From the NCBI GenBank assembly GCA_028534125.1, contig CM052817.1:43092001-43156000 (forward strand): a DNA stretch of 64,000 bases, given 5' to 3'. Each line of letters starts with the position of its first letter. Positions within the stretch are counted from its first letter, which is position 1. The DNA comes from Lama glama. Its lineage: Eukaryota. Under the pieces are notes generated by a model, which was given only the letters and a program-made list of their open reading frames with translations, was not told the origin of the DNA and did no database searches. The position numbers and the translations under genes were made by a program. Shown one piece after another: positions 29,578-44,271 of the stretch.

Positions 29578-30270
29578 CAATAACAAGTGTTTACAAGGAA
29601 GTAGAAAAACTAGAACCCTCATATACTGCTAGTTTGGCTGCTACGGAAAACAGTTTAATGGTTCCTAAAAAAGTCAGATATGGAATTGACCCAGCAATTC
29701 AACTCTTAGATACATACCCAAAAGAAGTGAAAAGTACTCAAATAAATAAATATATACACATAATTGTAGCAGCACTATTCACAATAGTCAAAAGGTAGAA
29801 ACAGCCCAAATATCCATCCACGGTTTGAAAAAATATTCCATCAACAGATGAACAGATAAACAAACTGTGATATATATGGTATACATAATGGAATGTTATT
29901 CGGCCATGAAAAGGAATAAAGTGTCAACAAGTGCTACAATGTGGATGAACCTCAAAAACATGCTAAGTGAAAGAAGTCAGACACAAAAGGTCACATATTG
30001 CATGATTCCATTTCTATGAAAGATCCAGAATAGGTCAATCCATAGAGACAACACAGATGGGTGGTTGCCAGGGGCTGGAACAAGAGTAGAATGGGGCGCA
30101 ACTGCTGAATGGGCAGAGGGGTTCCTTTAGGAGCAATGAAAAGGTTTTAGAACCAGACAGAGGTAGTTGTTGCACAACATTGTCAATGTACTAAATATGG
30201 CTGAAATGTTCACATCGAAATGTGAATTATAAAATGTGTAACATGAATTTAACCTCAATAAAACAAAAAG
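29578..30270 (+). mobile_element. L1 (L1MB-like) 3' end
   Basis: ORF remnants KEVEKLEPSYTA and AALFTIVKR. 3' UTR gaacctcaaaaacatgctaagtgaaagaagtcagacac...cctcaataaa. Confidence 0.88.
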
Positions 30271-31016
30271 TTAAATATACATATTAGCACTTAATAAACA
30301 CTGGATGAGGAGGAGGAAGAGGAAGACGGGGGAACAAGAATAAGAAGCCATTCAGAACACTGACAATAAGCAACCCTAGAAAAAAGGAAATTTTTATTTT
30401 GTAACTTTTTTTTAAACTGTTTAGTTAAGTGCAGTTTTCTTTAATGGCCTATTAAAATATTTTTCACTTTTCCTGAATTTAAAAAGAATTTTTTTCCTCG
30501 TTGAAGCATACTTTACCATATACTACAGAGTACATACACACACACACACAAAGGGTCCACTTTACAGCATGATTTTAAAAATGAAAAAATGAAAAGCAAA
30601 ACTGTTGTTTGTGAGTACAAACACATACAGTGAATGTATTAAATACCCATGGAATAGGTAAGCACCAAATTCAGGACAGGGGTTTCTTTCTAGGTGAGGA
30701 TAACAGCATAAGGATAACAGAATACACAGAAGACTTCAAATTATCTGTAAGATTTTAACTCTTTGCTGAGTAGTGGGTAAACTGCTGTTCACTAATTCTC
30801 TAAATTTTTCTATTCCCCAAATATTCCGTAATTAAATTATTTTTAAAAGGAAAAAAGAAAGCAGAGTAGCTTGCCTGTTGAACTACAACAGGGAAAGGAG
30901 GAGAGGAAGGAGTTGGCTGCATTCAGCCGTAAGTATGGCTATAAGGAACATCCTTCAAAGGTTTTCTAGATATACATAGGCCAATAAGCAGCTTACCTAA
31001 AAGCTGGTTAATATTA

Positions 31017-31214
<198 letters not shown>

Positions 31215-31514
31215 TTAAATAAAAAGAATCTGAAACTACTGCTGAAATCATGTAACATCTTAGAGAAGCTTAATCTCAGAGGGAAATAAACTGTACACAA
31301 GACAAAAATTGGAACAGTAAGCAACTAATATACTAAGTTAACAGCTGAAACATGGGCTTCCTGTGACAATCATGAAGCAGCACATACCGGATAACATGCT
31401 TCTCAGGTGAACATGATTCTCTAATTTTAAAGTTTACAATAGTAGTATCATTTGGATGGGAATAGTTCTTATGTAGAATGTGGAAAATGCAACGACATAA
31501 CTATATTACTATAG

Positions 31515-32087
31515 TTTAGCAGTATTCTAGTGACTGCCTACCCATCTGACTCCCCTTCTCTGCTACTTAACATGAGACATCAAGGGATCAGATGTGTAAG
31601 GCCCTCCCTCCTCCCTCCTCCAGGTCCAGGGGATGAACTAACATTGTTCTACGGTAATAATGGGAATCCCATTTCCTCTTGTCAGCAACTGATTTAGGAC
31701 TGGACATGTAACCAGTTTTGGCTAATGGGACAGAAGGGAAGATCTGCTAAGGGCTGCAGGGAAAGATTTTCCTCTCAGGAAAAAAAAAGAGAGAGAGAGA
31801 GAGAGAGGGCTATGAAGAAGGGCTTGCTCTTTTTCCAGCTTTTGGATTTTCCTATATAAGTATATAATGCTTAGGCCTATGGAAGCCATCTGTGGCCACG
31901 ATGGAAAAAAGAATCAGAAAGAAAAGGACCCAGAACACTGACACAGTTAGGCTACTGAATTAGACAACTGTAGATCCGCCGCCTTCCAGAACTCTCATGT
32001 AAGATGATAAATGACCTCACTATTTATGTCATAGTTACTTGGACAGTCTGTTAAACAGACCCGAGAGAGCATCGTATCTGAAACGCA
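31515..32087 (+). mobile_element. MaLR LTR (MLT1J/K-like)
   Basis: aatcccatttcctcttg...ggacatgtaaccagttttggctaatggga...gggaaagattttcctc...gcatcgtatctga. Contains an A-tract followed by (GA)n at about 31780-31807. Confidence 0.7.
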
Positions 32088-32774
32088 TAGCCAGGTATTC
32101 TAAAGAACAAATGTTTTTGTCACATTTAAAACGAAGTTTTCCACCTTCAGTTTTTAAAACTCATTTTGACATAGAATATTTTGTAGCTTAATTATAATAT
32201 TAAAACAAAAAAATGGTATGTCACTTTTATCAATTTGCTAGTCCTTCTAAAGCAGCAAATTCAGCAACGATAAGACACTAGCACTCCAGTTCAGTACAAA
32301 GCACTCAAAGGAAAAGTAAACCACTGGAGATAAACAACAGGGGAAAAGAGCTCCTAGGACATGCCAGAATCAGCACAGATTCATTCCAGAGTCTAACTGC
32401 AGGTATAAGAAACTGTACGACTCCCATCTTATGGATATGGATTTCCGTGTATACAGTTTTGGGGAAATTAAATCAACTACCTCACAAGGCAGTTACCAGG
32501 AGAGAAAAAGATGATGTTTGGGAAAGGTACTTAAGTAAAAGTTCTAACAATGCAGGGCATTTCTTTAAAAGATGTTCACTTAGCATTAATTTTATGTGCA
32601 AGAATTAACAAATTAGTAGCATTAATAAAGTTCTACTTAAACTAGTCAAATTTTATTAAAAATTAGGGAAAATGCTAAAATTTAGACTATTCTAGATATG
32701 AAGGTAGTATGGGTACAGGTGAAGATAAATCATTTATATAGAATTTATTTTGAGACATTCTAGAGATTCCCCTA

Positions 32775-33065
32775 GAGCAATGCTTCTCCAACATAACTGC
32801 ATTAGAATTGCCTGGTGAGCTGGTGGTATGTGTGTATGTGGCGGGGGGGGGAGGGGCAGGGGGGTTAATATTGAATAGTTTCTAGGTCCTGACCTCAAGT
32901 CTGATTCAGAAGGTCTCAGGCCAAATATATGTATTTTGCTGAAAATTCCCCTACTCATTTTTCTTGTTTTGTATATGTTAAGAATATATAATGGATATAA
33001 ACTGGTTATTAACTGGGGCAGGGCAGGTGGAGTCCCCCAGGTGATTCTGAAGTACAACCTAGTTA
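32775..33065. mobile_element. MER5A-like hAT element (interrupted)
   Basis: gcaatgcttctccaac...gcattagaattgcctggtgagct...ccccaggtgattctga. Confidence 0.5.
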
Positions 33066-33879
33066 AGTACACAACGAACCAGGGCAAAAATTCCTGAAGG
33101 AACCATGGATCCTATATATCCATTCTCAACCACCCACATAACAAAGTAATTTTAACCCTATGAATTAGGAAAATTAGGGGGAAATATTAAGTTTTATTCA
33201 TAAAACTCCTGTTCCTAAAAGTTAAAGTTCGACAACTGCACCAATCCTAAATCAGAGAAAGATCCACCAAAATGTTAAATTTTCTACGTGTTCATCAACT
33301 ATGATCTGTACCTAAACATGGTAAATAATGGTCAACAGTACCTGCTCTCGAATGAAATGGGATTGTTTATATTTCTCCAAATACTATATTTTCCAAAATT
33401 ATCTGATGAAGTTTTTAAAGTTAGCTAATAATATTTCTGTTTGAAGAAGGCACTCAATGGGAGGTAACTAGTTAAGACATTATAGTAATCCAAGAGAGGA
33501 CTATCACCTGCTTGCCACCAATTCCTCAACACATCTTCTTCACAGAAGTCTTTCATGACCAACCCAATCCATGCTCATCACTCCCTCTGGCACCTCCATC
33601 TAGAGTTTTGACTATATTTTTACCTATTTCAATTTTGAACTCATGTCATACATAAATCAGAAGATCACTGGCAGTATCCACAAATTCCACTTATTATGTA
33701 TTTCTATGTCCAATTCAATATATTGTTCAAGTCCAGTTCAAGACACAGTTGTTAAATTAATGCTAAATTTACAATTCCAAATATGGGATTATGAAGAATA
33801 CTATAAACTTTCCAAATGTTCTCAAAATCCTACAAAAATAAAAGAACCAGTGACAGATACTGGTCTTTGTTATGTTCAA

Positions 33880-36800
33880 GAGGTGATTACTGCTGGGGCC
33901 CCCAGACAGCTTCAGGTTGGACACTGGTCCCAGAAAAACCAACTACTTCCAGTGAGCCTGAATCTAGGGGCTGAGATCCTGCCCTTTGGGACCTTGACAG
34001 GTCTTGGCACATAAACAAACCTGGGAGCAATAAAAATGTAATAGGCTATTTGGACAAGCACTGAGTTTGAGAGACAACCACAGGCTGAGGCAGGGTTGAA
34101 CAACAAGGTCATGTCATCTCCTACATAAGGCCACTCCTTCAAAACTGAGAGAAGCAGTCATTTCATCTATGTGTAGAAACCAACCCAGAGAGTTAAGCAA
34201 AACAAAGAAACAGAGGACTATGTTCCAAATGAAAGGATAAGATAAAACCTCAGAAAAACCACCTTACTGAAAGAGAGAGAAGTAATTTACCTGATAAAAG
34301 AATTCAAAGTAATGATCATAAAGATGCTCAGCAAACTGAGGATTAGAACAGATGAACAGTGAGAATTTCAACAAAGAAAGGGAAAAACATAAGAAAATAC
34401 CAAATAGACATCACAGAGCTGAAGAATAAAATAACTTAACTGAAAAATACACTGGAGGGACTAAACAGCAAACTAGATGAAGCAGAAAAAAGAATCAGTG
34501 AACTCAAAGACAAGCCAGTGGAACTCAACCAATCAGAGCAGCAAAAAGTAAAAAGAATGAAGAAGAGCGAAGATAGTTTAAGGGGCTTATCTAACAATAT
34601 TGAACAGACAAGTATTAACAATGCAGGGCTCCCAGAAGGAGAAGAGAGAAAAGGAAATAAATCTTATTTGAAGAAATTACAGCTGAAAATTTCCTTAACC
34701 TGAGTAATTAAACAGACCTTGAGATCCAGGAAGCCCAAAAAGCTCTAATTAAGAGGAATCTAAAGAGACCCACATCAAGACATTATATTTTTGACATTAT
34801 AGTTAAAATGTCAAAAGTTAAAGACAAGCAGAAAACATTAAAGCATCAAGAGAAAAACAACCTGTTACATACAAGAGAATCCCGTACGACTATAAGCAGA
34901 TGTTTTTAGGAAAGACTTTGCAGGCCAGAAGGGAGTGTCATGATACATTCAAAGTGCTGAAAGGAAAAAACTTTCAACCAAGAATACTGCACCAGGCAAA
35001 GTTTTCACTCAGAAGTGAAAGAGAGATAAAGAGACAAGCAAAAGCTAAAGATGTCCATTACCACTAAACAGGTCTTAGGAGAAATTTGTTAAGGGGACTT
35101 CCTTAAGCAGTAAAAAGAAAAGGTAGTAATTAGCAGCAAGAACACAGATGAATGAACGAATCTCACTGGAAAGATAAATATACAGCAAAGGTAGGGATTA
35201 ATCATTTATAAACTATTGTGAAGGTTAAAAGCAAAAGTAGTAAAAAGAACTATGATTATCACAGTTAAGGGATAACAAGATTAAAAGATGTAAAATGTGA
35301 CATTAAAAATATAAAATGTGAAGGAGAGAGAGTAATAGTGTTGATCTTTACAACAGTATCAAACCTAAGTTGCTATCAACTTAAAATAGACTGTTACAGA
35401 TACACTTTTATGTGTAAGGCTCATGGTATCCATAAAGCAAAAACCTCTATGGGCAAACTCAGAGATATCATAGGTTCAGTTCCCAACCACTATAATAAAT
35501 AAATATAATAAGGCATATTTCAATAAAGCAAACCAGGGATTTTCTGGTTTTCTACTATATATAAAAGTTACCTTTACACTAAACTAAAGTCTATTAATTG
35601 TGCAATAGTATTATGTCTTTAAAAAACACCAATGTGCATACCTTAATTTAAAAATACTTTATTACAAAAAAATGCTAGCCATCACTTAAGCTTTCAGTAA
35701 GTCTTAGTAATAACAGCAAAGATAATTGATTACAGATCACCATGAATATAATAATGATGAAAAAGTTTAAAATATTGCAAGAATTACCAAAATGTGACAA
35801 AGTGAGCAAACACTGTTGGAAAAATGGTGCTGACAGACTTACTCAAGGCAAAGTTGCCACAAACCTTTCATTTGTAAAAATTCAGTATTTGTAAAAATGC
35901 AATAAAGGGAAGCACAATAAAACAAAGTATGTCTATAGTAAGCATACAAAGATAAAGAGAAAAGAATACAAGCAAACATCAGAGAAAGCCATCAAACCAC
36001 AAAAGAGAGCAAAAAAGAAACAAAGAACAAAAAATGCAGAAAGAAATTAGTAAAATGGAAATAAGCACATACCTATTTATAGTTACATTAAATGTAAATA
36101 GACTAAATTCTCCAATCAAAAGACAGAGTGGTTGAATAAGATTTTTTAAATACCAATCTATATACTGTCTACAAAAGACTTTTTATGTAAAGCACATACA
36201 GACTGAAAGCAAAGGGATTAAAAAAATACTCTATGCAAATGAAAATCAAAATAAAGCTGAAGTAGCTATACATATATCAGACAAAACAGATTTAAAATGA
36301 AGACTATATAGTAAGAGACAAAGAAGGATGTTACATGATAGAGAAATCAATCCATAAAGAGGATGTAACATTTGTAAATATATACGTACCCAACATAAGA
36401 GCACGTAAATATATAGAGCAAATATTAACAGAACTAAAAGGAGAAATAGACAGCAATACAGTAATACTAGGGAATTTTAATACCCAACTTACATTAATAG
36501 ATAGATATTCAGACAGAAAATCAACAAGAAAAAATAAGCCTTAAATGATACATTAGACCAGATGGACTTAACAAATATTTATAGACCACTCCATCCAAAA
36601 GCAATAGAAGACACATTCTTCTCAAGTGCATATGGAATATTTTCCAAGATAGATCATATGTTAGGCCACAAAAAAGTCTAAATAAATTTAAGAGAACTGA
36701 AATCACATCATGCATCTTTTCTGACCACAATAGTATGAAACTAGAAATTAATTATATAATGGAAACTGAAAAATTCAAAAATATGTGGACATTAAAGAAT

Positions 36801-39800
36801 ATGCTACTGAACAATCAATGTGTTAAAGAAGAAATCAAGAAGTATACCTTGAGACAATTGAAAATTAAATGTAATATGCCAAAATTTATGAGATGAAGCA
36901 AATGTAATTCTAAGAGGGAAGTTCACAGTGTCTAACTCAAGAAACAGGAAAAGTCTCAAATAAACAACTTAACTTTACACCTCAAGGAACTACAAAAAGA
37001 ACAAAGCCTAGAGTTGGAAGGAAATAACAGAGACTAGAGAAGAAATAAATGAGATAGAGACTAAAAAGGAAATACAAAAGATCAATTAAACTAAGATATG
37101 GTTCTTTGAAAAGATAAACAAAACTGACAAGGAAAAAAAAAAGGCAGAGGACTCAATTGGAAATGAAAGAGAAGATATTACAACTGATACCACAGAAATG
37201 TGAAGGATCTTGAGACTACTAACCAAGTGAAAAACCCAGAAGAAATGAGAAAAACTCCTAGAAATATAAAATCTACTAGGACTGAATCAAGATGAAACAG
37301 ACAACCAGAACAGACCAATTACTAGTAAGGAGACTGAATCAGTAATCAAAAACCTCTCCACAGAAGTCCAAGACCAGACAGCTTCATGGGTGAATTCCAC
37401 CAAACAGTTGAAGTAAAGTTAATAACAATTCTTTCCAAGCTTTTCAAAAAGAATAGATGGGGAGGTAACTCTTCCAAACTCATTTTACAAGGACAGAATT
37501 ACCCTGATACCAAAACCACACAAGAATATTACAAGAAAATTACAGGACAATATCCCTGGATGCATACAAATGCAAGAATCCTCAACCAACAAAACATTAG
37601 CAAACTGAATTCAACAGCACATTAAAAGGATAATAAACCACTGATGAAGTGGAATTTATGCCACAGATGCAAGGACAGTTCTACACCCACAAATCAGTCA
37701 ATGTGATATACATCATTAACAACATGAAGGATAAAAATCATATGATCATCTCAATAGATGGCAAAAGGTTGACAAACTTCAACATCCATCTATAATAAAA
37801 GCTCTCAACAAAGCAGGTATAGAGGCAATGTACCTCAACCTAATAAAGGTCATATACAACAAGCCCACAGCTAACATTGTAGTCAAAAGTGAAAAGCTGA
37901 AAGCTCTTCCACTAGGATCAGGAATAAAACAAGGATGCCCCCTCACAACTTTTATTCAGCATAGTATTAGAAGTTCTAGCCAAAGCAATTAGGCAAGGAA
38001 AACAAAATTAAAAGCATCCAAATTGGAAAGAAAGAAGGAAAACTGTCACTATTCACAGATGATATGATATTAAATATAGAAAACCCTAAAGACTCCATTA
38101 ACTATTAGAACTAATAAATGAATTCAGTAAAGTTGCAGGATACAAAATCAATACATAAAAATCTACTGCATTTCTATACACTAATAATGAATTATCAAAA
38201 GAGAAATTAAGAAAATAATCTCATTTACAATTGCATCAAAAAGAATAAAATACCTAGGAATAAATTTAGCTGAAAAGGTGAAAGATTTGTATATTGAAAG
38301 CTACAAGACACTAATAAAATAAATTGAAGAAGATGCAAATAGATGGAAAGATATTCCATGCTCATGAATTAGAAGAATGAATATAGTTAAAATGTCCATA
38401 CTACCCAAAGCAACACACAGATTCAATACAATCTCTATCAATTCCAATGGCATTTTTCACAAAAGTAGAACCAAAAATTCTAGAATTTGTATAAAAGACC
38501 ACAAATAGCCAAAGCAATCTTGAGAAAAAAGAACAAAGTTGGAAGCATCACACTCCATGGTTTCAAACAATCTTACAAAGCTATAGTAATTAAAACAGTA
38601 TGGTACTGCAGAAAAACAAGACAGATGAAGCAATGGAACACAACAGAGAGCCCAAAATTAAATAAACCCAGACATACACAGTCAATTAATTTATGAGAAA
38701 GGAAACAAGAATATACAATGGGGAAAAGATAATCTCTTCAATAAATGGTGCTAGGAAAATTAAACAGTCACATGCAAAAGAATGTAACTGGACCCCTATC
38801 TTACACCACACACACAAAGATTAACTCAAAATGGATTAAAAACTTTACTGTAAGATCTGAAACCATAAAACTCCTAGAAGAAAACACAAGCAGTAAGCTC
38901 CTTGACATAGGTCTTGACAATAATTTTTGAACCTGACTCCAAAAGCAAAAGCAACAAAAGCAAAACTAAACAAGTGGGGCTACATTACACTAAAGGTTCT
39001 CATAGCAAAGGATATCATCAACAAAATGAAAAGGCAACATACTGAATGGGAGAAAGTATTTCCAAATCATACATTTGATAAGAAACCAATGTCTAAAATA
39101 TATAAAGAACTCATACAATTCAACAGCAAAAAAAAAAAATTGATTTTAAAATGAGCAGAAAATATGAAGAGACATTTTTCTAATGAAGACATACAGATGG
39201 ACAATAGGTACATGAAAAGATGCTCTACACAATTAATCATCAGGGAAATGCAAATCAAAACCACAATTAGAGATCACCTCACACCTGTCAGAATGACTAT
39301 TATCAAAAAGACTAGAAATAGCAAGCGTTGGAGATGATGTAGCTAAAAGACGACCCTTGTGCACTATTGGAATGAAAACTGGGGGCAACTACTATAAACA
39401 ACAGTATGGCAGGTCCTCAAAAACTTAAAAATAGACCTACCTAAAATACGATTCAGCAATTCTATCTCTGAATATTTATCTGCAGAAAATAAAAAGACTA
39501 ATTTGAAAAGATACATGCACTCTTATATTCATTGTAGCATTATTTACAATAGCCAAGATACGGAAACAACTTAAGTGGCCACTGATGGATGAACAAATTA
39601 AAAAACTGTAGTTTGTATGTATGTATATACACATACACATACATACATACAATGGAATATTATTCAGTCATAAAAAGGAATCTAGCCATTTACAATAACA
39701 TAGATTAACCTTGAGGGCATTTATGCTAAGTGAGATAAGTCACATAGAGAAAGACAAATACTATATGATCTCTCTTCTCTGTGGAATCTAAAAATATTTT

Positions 39801-39935
39801 TTAAAAATTAAATGTGAAAAAAACTAAGCTCATATAGAGAACAGACTGGTAGTTGCCACAAATGGAGGTTTGTGGGTTGAAAGAAATGGGTGAAATGTTT
39901 TTGTCTTTTTAGTTTAAATAAATTAAAATATTTAA
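33880..39935 (+). mobile_element. Near-full-length decayed LINE-1 (antisense to BMP2K)
   Basis: ORF1 remnant at about 34190-35100. ORF2 endonuclease start MEISTYLFIVTLNVNRLNSPIKR at 36055. RT motifs GIKQGCPL (37921) and LFTDD (FADD mutated, 38052-38063). 3' UTR and A-rich tail present. Many stops and frameshifts. Confidence 0.95.
35450..35935. mobile_element. Tigger1 internal-deletion derivative nested in the L1 inter-ORF region
   Basis: Termini tgggcaaactcagagatat...ggttcagttcc and ...aataaaacaaagtatgtcta resemble the two Tigger1 ends. TA TSD at 35448-49 and 35936-37. L1 sequence resumes on both sides. Confidence 0.85.
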
Positions 39936-39944
39936 ATAATGGGT

Positions 39945-40360
39945 GATGGGTTATTCTAGATTTTAAAAGACATTACAACCAAATTCAACACATAATCTTC
40001 GATTAAATTTCAGTTTCAAAAGAAACCATGCATGTTCTTTGTGGTGGTGAACTATCTGAAAATAAGTTGTAGATTAATGTAATCTTACTTATTAATATTT
40101 CATATGTATTTAAACACATATACATTCTTAAAATGCATATATTACTCTGTATAACCACAGTACTTCTGTCCCATCTAAGAAAATGAACAATAATTCTTCT
40201 AATACAATCCTGATTCAAAATTACACATTTTTTAAAAATCTATAAAGAAAAACTGGTAAAATGTTATTAGTAGCTGAATCTAGACGAAGGGCATATGGTT
40301 ATTCACTGCACTACTCCTTCAAACTGTCTGTACATTTTGAAAATTTTCATAATAAAGTTG
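39945..40360 (+). mobile_element. Old L1MC/ME 3' fragments
   Basis: ttctagattttaaaagacattacaaccaaattc and gaatctagacgaagggcatatggttattcactg...ttttcataataaa. Confidence 0.55.
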
Positions 40361-41424
40361 GAAGAAGAAGAACAAGAGACCCAAGATATTTTCCCCAGGT
40401 AATTCCTCTCTCCTCTGCCATCCAACAACCCACCACCACCACTGAGAATTATTCTACAAGAACGACAATGTTGCTGATTATCCAGACTCACAACTTCCCC
40501 AAAGACACCATTAGTCCCTTGCCAGAAAAAATGTTTATGGTATCCTAGAGACCTACTGCTCCAACATCCCAACACACAACAAGCACTTTATGTTTCTCTA
40601 CTGTATATATTATCAGATACGCAAATCAACAAGATAGAGGCAATACTAAGTTGTCAGCAACTTCTGGTTTCAACCATTGTCAAAGAAAACAAAGTCATTT
40701 AAGTATCTTCAAGATAAGTGGAACAGGTACTTATTTGGCTGTGGGATTTGGCCAGAGGAAAGCTCCTCCTATCCAATGACCACTGGCCTGTGAGACAACA
40801 GAGTTTCGTTACTCTAGGTTAAGGCAGACTCCAGAAGTTTCTTTTTTTAAAGTAAAAATATCTCTAGAAAGGATTACTAACTTAAATTCATGCAAAGTTA
40901 CTTGTATCAGTGTGTGCCATCTAGTATAAGGCTTAGTCAGGTACATCTGGATGGGGAACAAGAGGAGGGGCAGCTGGAAACAAAATGGCAAGAGCACAAC
41001 ATTCATACAGCTGTGACTATATACAAAGCATTGCTAAGAACATTAGCTTATTCAGTTCTCACAGCATCATGAGGCAACTTAATATCAACAGCAATTTAAT
41101 GCTATTGCTATTCTATAGATGAGGAATAAACTAAACATGGAGAAAGAAGGCAAGAACCTAGTCCAGTTACAGAAAGCTGATAAGAGGATTGTTTTTTTTT
41201 TCTCATAAATCTCATGTTCTAATGATTTCTACATTCACACCTGTCTTTGTAATGCCAGAGGAAAAGTCTATGAAGGGTCTGGGAATAACATTACAATTGT
41301 GGAGGAACAAAAGAAAAATGGGATAATCAAGAAAGAATAATGCCCCCTCTCCCCTAGAGGTTTCTTCTTGGTGGAATCTTACTTAGTAAGCAGTATTCCT
41401 TACATAGAAGAGCCCTGTAGGTCA

Positions 41425-41640
41425 AAACCATGTTTGATTTGGACAGCACAGCACCTTAGAAGACTGATGTATTTCAAATGACAATCTAGATTTTTCAGTT
41501 TCTCTTAAAAAAAAAACTTGAAAATAAGGAAACAGAGAGTCCTCATTCCTATATGACATCAATCAGATGGAGATGTCAGCTGCCATCCCCTTTACACAGG
41601 GCATGTGCTCTGCAGTTCATCACAGCTCCCTCTATTCTTG
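41425..41640. mobile_element. MER102-like hAT-Charlie fragment
   Basis: aatctagatttttcagtttctctt...cagctgccatcccctttacacagggcatgtgctctgcagttc. Confidence 0.55.
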
Positions 41641-41671
41641 ACAGTTTCAATGATTCACTGGCCCACTTCAC

Positions 41672-41890
41672 TTTTTTTTTTTAATTCTTATCTTTTTAAT
41701 TGAATTGTAGTTAATTTACAATGTTAGTTTCTGGTGTACAGCAAAGCGATTCAGTTATATATATATATATTCTTTTCCATTACAGCTCATTACAAAAAAA
41801 TTGAATATAGTTCCCTGTGCTATACAGTAGGTCCTTATTCTTTATCTATTTTATATATAGTAGTGTGTGTCTGTTAATCCCAAACTCCCA
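41672..41890 (-). mobile_element. Short L1 3' end (sense to BMP2K)
   Basis: Poly-T followed by ttagtttctggtgtacagcaaagcgattcagtt...gttccctgtgctatacagtaggtcc...aatcccaaactccca. Confidence 0.85.
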
Positions 41891-42309
41891 CTCCACTCTT
41901 GTAAATTACCTACCCCGGTCTGTGTAGGAATAACCCCTACAACAAGAACTTCAGGAAATTTATCCATCACAATGTTTATACCTGTTATACTTATTCACTG
42001 CCTCTCTCCTCGACTGGGTTGTAAGCTCTATAAAGACAAAGACCACGTACAACTCACTTATCACAGTATCATCAATGCCTACTACCTTACCTAGCACTCA
42101 AATACTTGCTGAGTGAATGACTTAACATTCATAAACTGGTTCTGCAAGAAGTCATCTTAATTGACAAACTGCAATTACTACACTGATCTTCTATGAATAA
42201 AAAGCAATTAACCTCTGATTCATCATTTTCCCTTGGTGTTGACCATTCTTTTAATATACAATACAGATTAAGAAACAGAATTTCACTTCTTTACCATGTA
42301 AACCATTAA

Positions 42310-43860
42310 ATCATTCATTCAGCAATATACATATTAACTGCTCACAAGGTGCCAAACACAATTCTAAGTGATAAGAACACAATTAACTATAAGGAATTCA
42401 GAGAACCCCCATTGTCTTTTGTGAGGTTACATCCCAGAGTGACTGAAACAAGATATACAAGTAAAATATCCGCTGTATGAGGTGATACACTATGAGGAGA
42501 AAAAAATTAAAGTAGGGACGGCTGATAGACTAGAAAATTGTGTTGGGGGGCAGGGATTTGGCTAAAATGTTAATCTAGATGTGTAGGGAAGGCCTGGGGT
42601 GACCCTGAGTAAAGACGGGAATTGAGAGAATAAGCCACACAGGTATCAGGACAAGTGCTTTCCACATAGATAGGAGGTGGTGTGCAAAGGCCTGGCGGCA
42701 GATACGTCTGAAAAACAGCAGAGACCAGAAAGCCCGGAGCAGAATGAAAAACGGGGGTGTAATAGAAAAAGAGGCCAAAGGGTTAAAAGGGAGCCAGATT
42801 ATACAGGGTTTCATGTATGTGTGAGGGTAAAAACTTGCCTTTTGCTGTCAGTAAAATAGGAAGCTACAGGATGGTTATGAGCAGGAGCGACAAGACTGGA
42901 TTCATATTTTAATATGACCACTCTGGCTACTGTGTTGGGGACAGAGTGAAGGCAGGCAACATTAGAGGTAGGGAAGCCAGTTTGTAGGCTACTGCAGTCA
43001 TTCTCTTGAAAGATAGTGGTTTTGGCCAGTGCAGTGGGAATAGTGAGAAATAAGAAAATTCTTGATGTATTTTGAAGGTAGAGCTGACCAGATTTCTTGA
43101 TGATGCTGGATGTGAGACAAAAAAGGGAGCTAAAAATGACTTCAAGGTTTTTGGACTGAGGAACTGGAAAGATGAAGTCAACATTAATTGAGATGGAGAA
43201 GACCATGCTGGAAAACAGCTCAACAAGGATCTCTCATATTTCTGCCTATCTTGCAAGCAGAGGCACTGGCCGCCTTTATTCTGGACCATCTTTTCAATAT
43301 TGTCTGCATAGTGAACAGCGTTTGAAGATAGAGTGAGCATCCCTCTGGAGCAAAGGGCAGTTTGTTTGCTGCCCAGCATAATAAAGATAATATCTGCTCC
43401 ATCTCCCTTGAAGCAGACTTAATGTCCATTATAAAAGATTCTAGTTCCCTAAGCTCAGGGTTCCTCTCCATAACACCATCCACTACGTGTATGAGCATCA
43501 CCTGGCCCTTTCACATTGCCCTCTGGGAACTGAGGCTCCGGGCAGTGGAGCAAACACTGATATTCTGGCTACAGGTATTGCTCTCATAAAAAACTTTGTC
43601 TCATGTCTTCTGCCAGCATCTAGGAAACTAAGACAGGCTAACTTGTCAGTTTACAAGTAGTGTAAAATCTCAAAATCTTAACAGTTCTTGACATACAACA
43701 GGGAAGGTTTGGGGCAGAGTATCAAGAGCATAGTTTGGGGCATGTTAAGTTAGAGATGCCTACTGGACATTCAACTGGAGATATGGAATTGGCAGTTAGA
43801 TTTCCAAGCGTAAAGTTTAGAGAAGTGATCAAAGTAAAAGAGATACATTTAAGAGCTATC
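42310..43860 (-). mobile_element. L2 element split by an LTR insertion
   Basis: tcattcattcagcaa...gaccactctggctactgtg...gagatggagaagacca [LTR] ...ggtttgggg...agtttggggcatgttaagttagagatgcc. Confidence 0.85.
43206..43693 (+). mobile_element. Solo ERVL LTR, LTR40-like
   Basis: TG...CA termini (tgctggaaaac...gttcttgaca), internal attataaaagatt, and caggctaacttgtcagtttacaagtag near the 3' end. TSD is degraded (gacca/tacaa). Confidence 0.75.
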
Positions 43861-44271
43861 CTTACTTATGCCTTAGTTTTTTATCGATTGTTATTTATAG
43901 CCACAAGGAGGAGGATAGTTTTATTCCTACAACCTAAAAGATTGCCCCCACAAAAATCTCATTATTTGAAAGTAAAGCATCATTATACTCGTCACCAAGG
44001 ATGTTCTAAAATCAATAATCTTTTATATGCTCTTAGTGGATGTGGAAATTGGTAAAATATTTCCACCATAACCATATTTAGAGATTATATACCATATATC
44101 AAGAAACTTAAAACCTTAAAACCTTTTTGTCATGATGTTATTTATAGAATTCTACCATAAAGAAATTGTTAGTGAAGATGCAGAAACATATATTTTCAGC
44201 AACATGCAAATAATTATGTAAATAATGTCACAAGGGATGACATATTGTGTAAGCATTAAGAATGCTTACAA

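Noticed and set aside
36055..39700. Functional L1 ORF2
   Set aside because: Broken into short pieces by stops and frameshifts, with FADD mutated to FTDD. Not autonomous.
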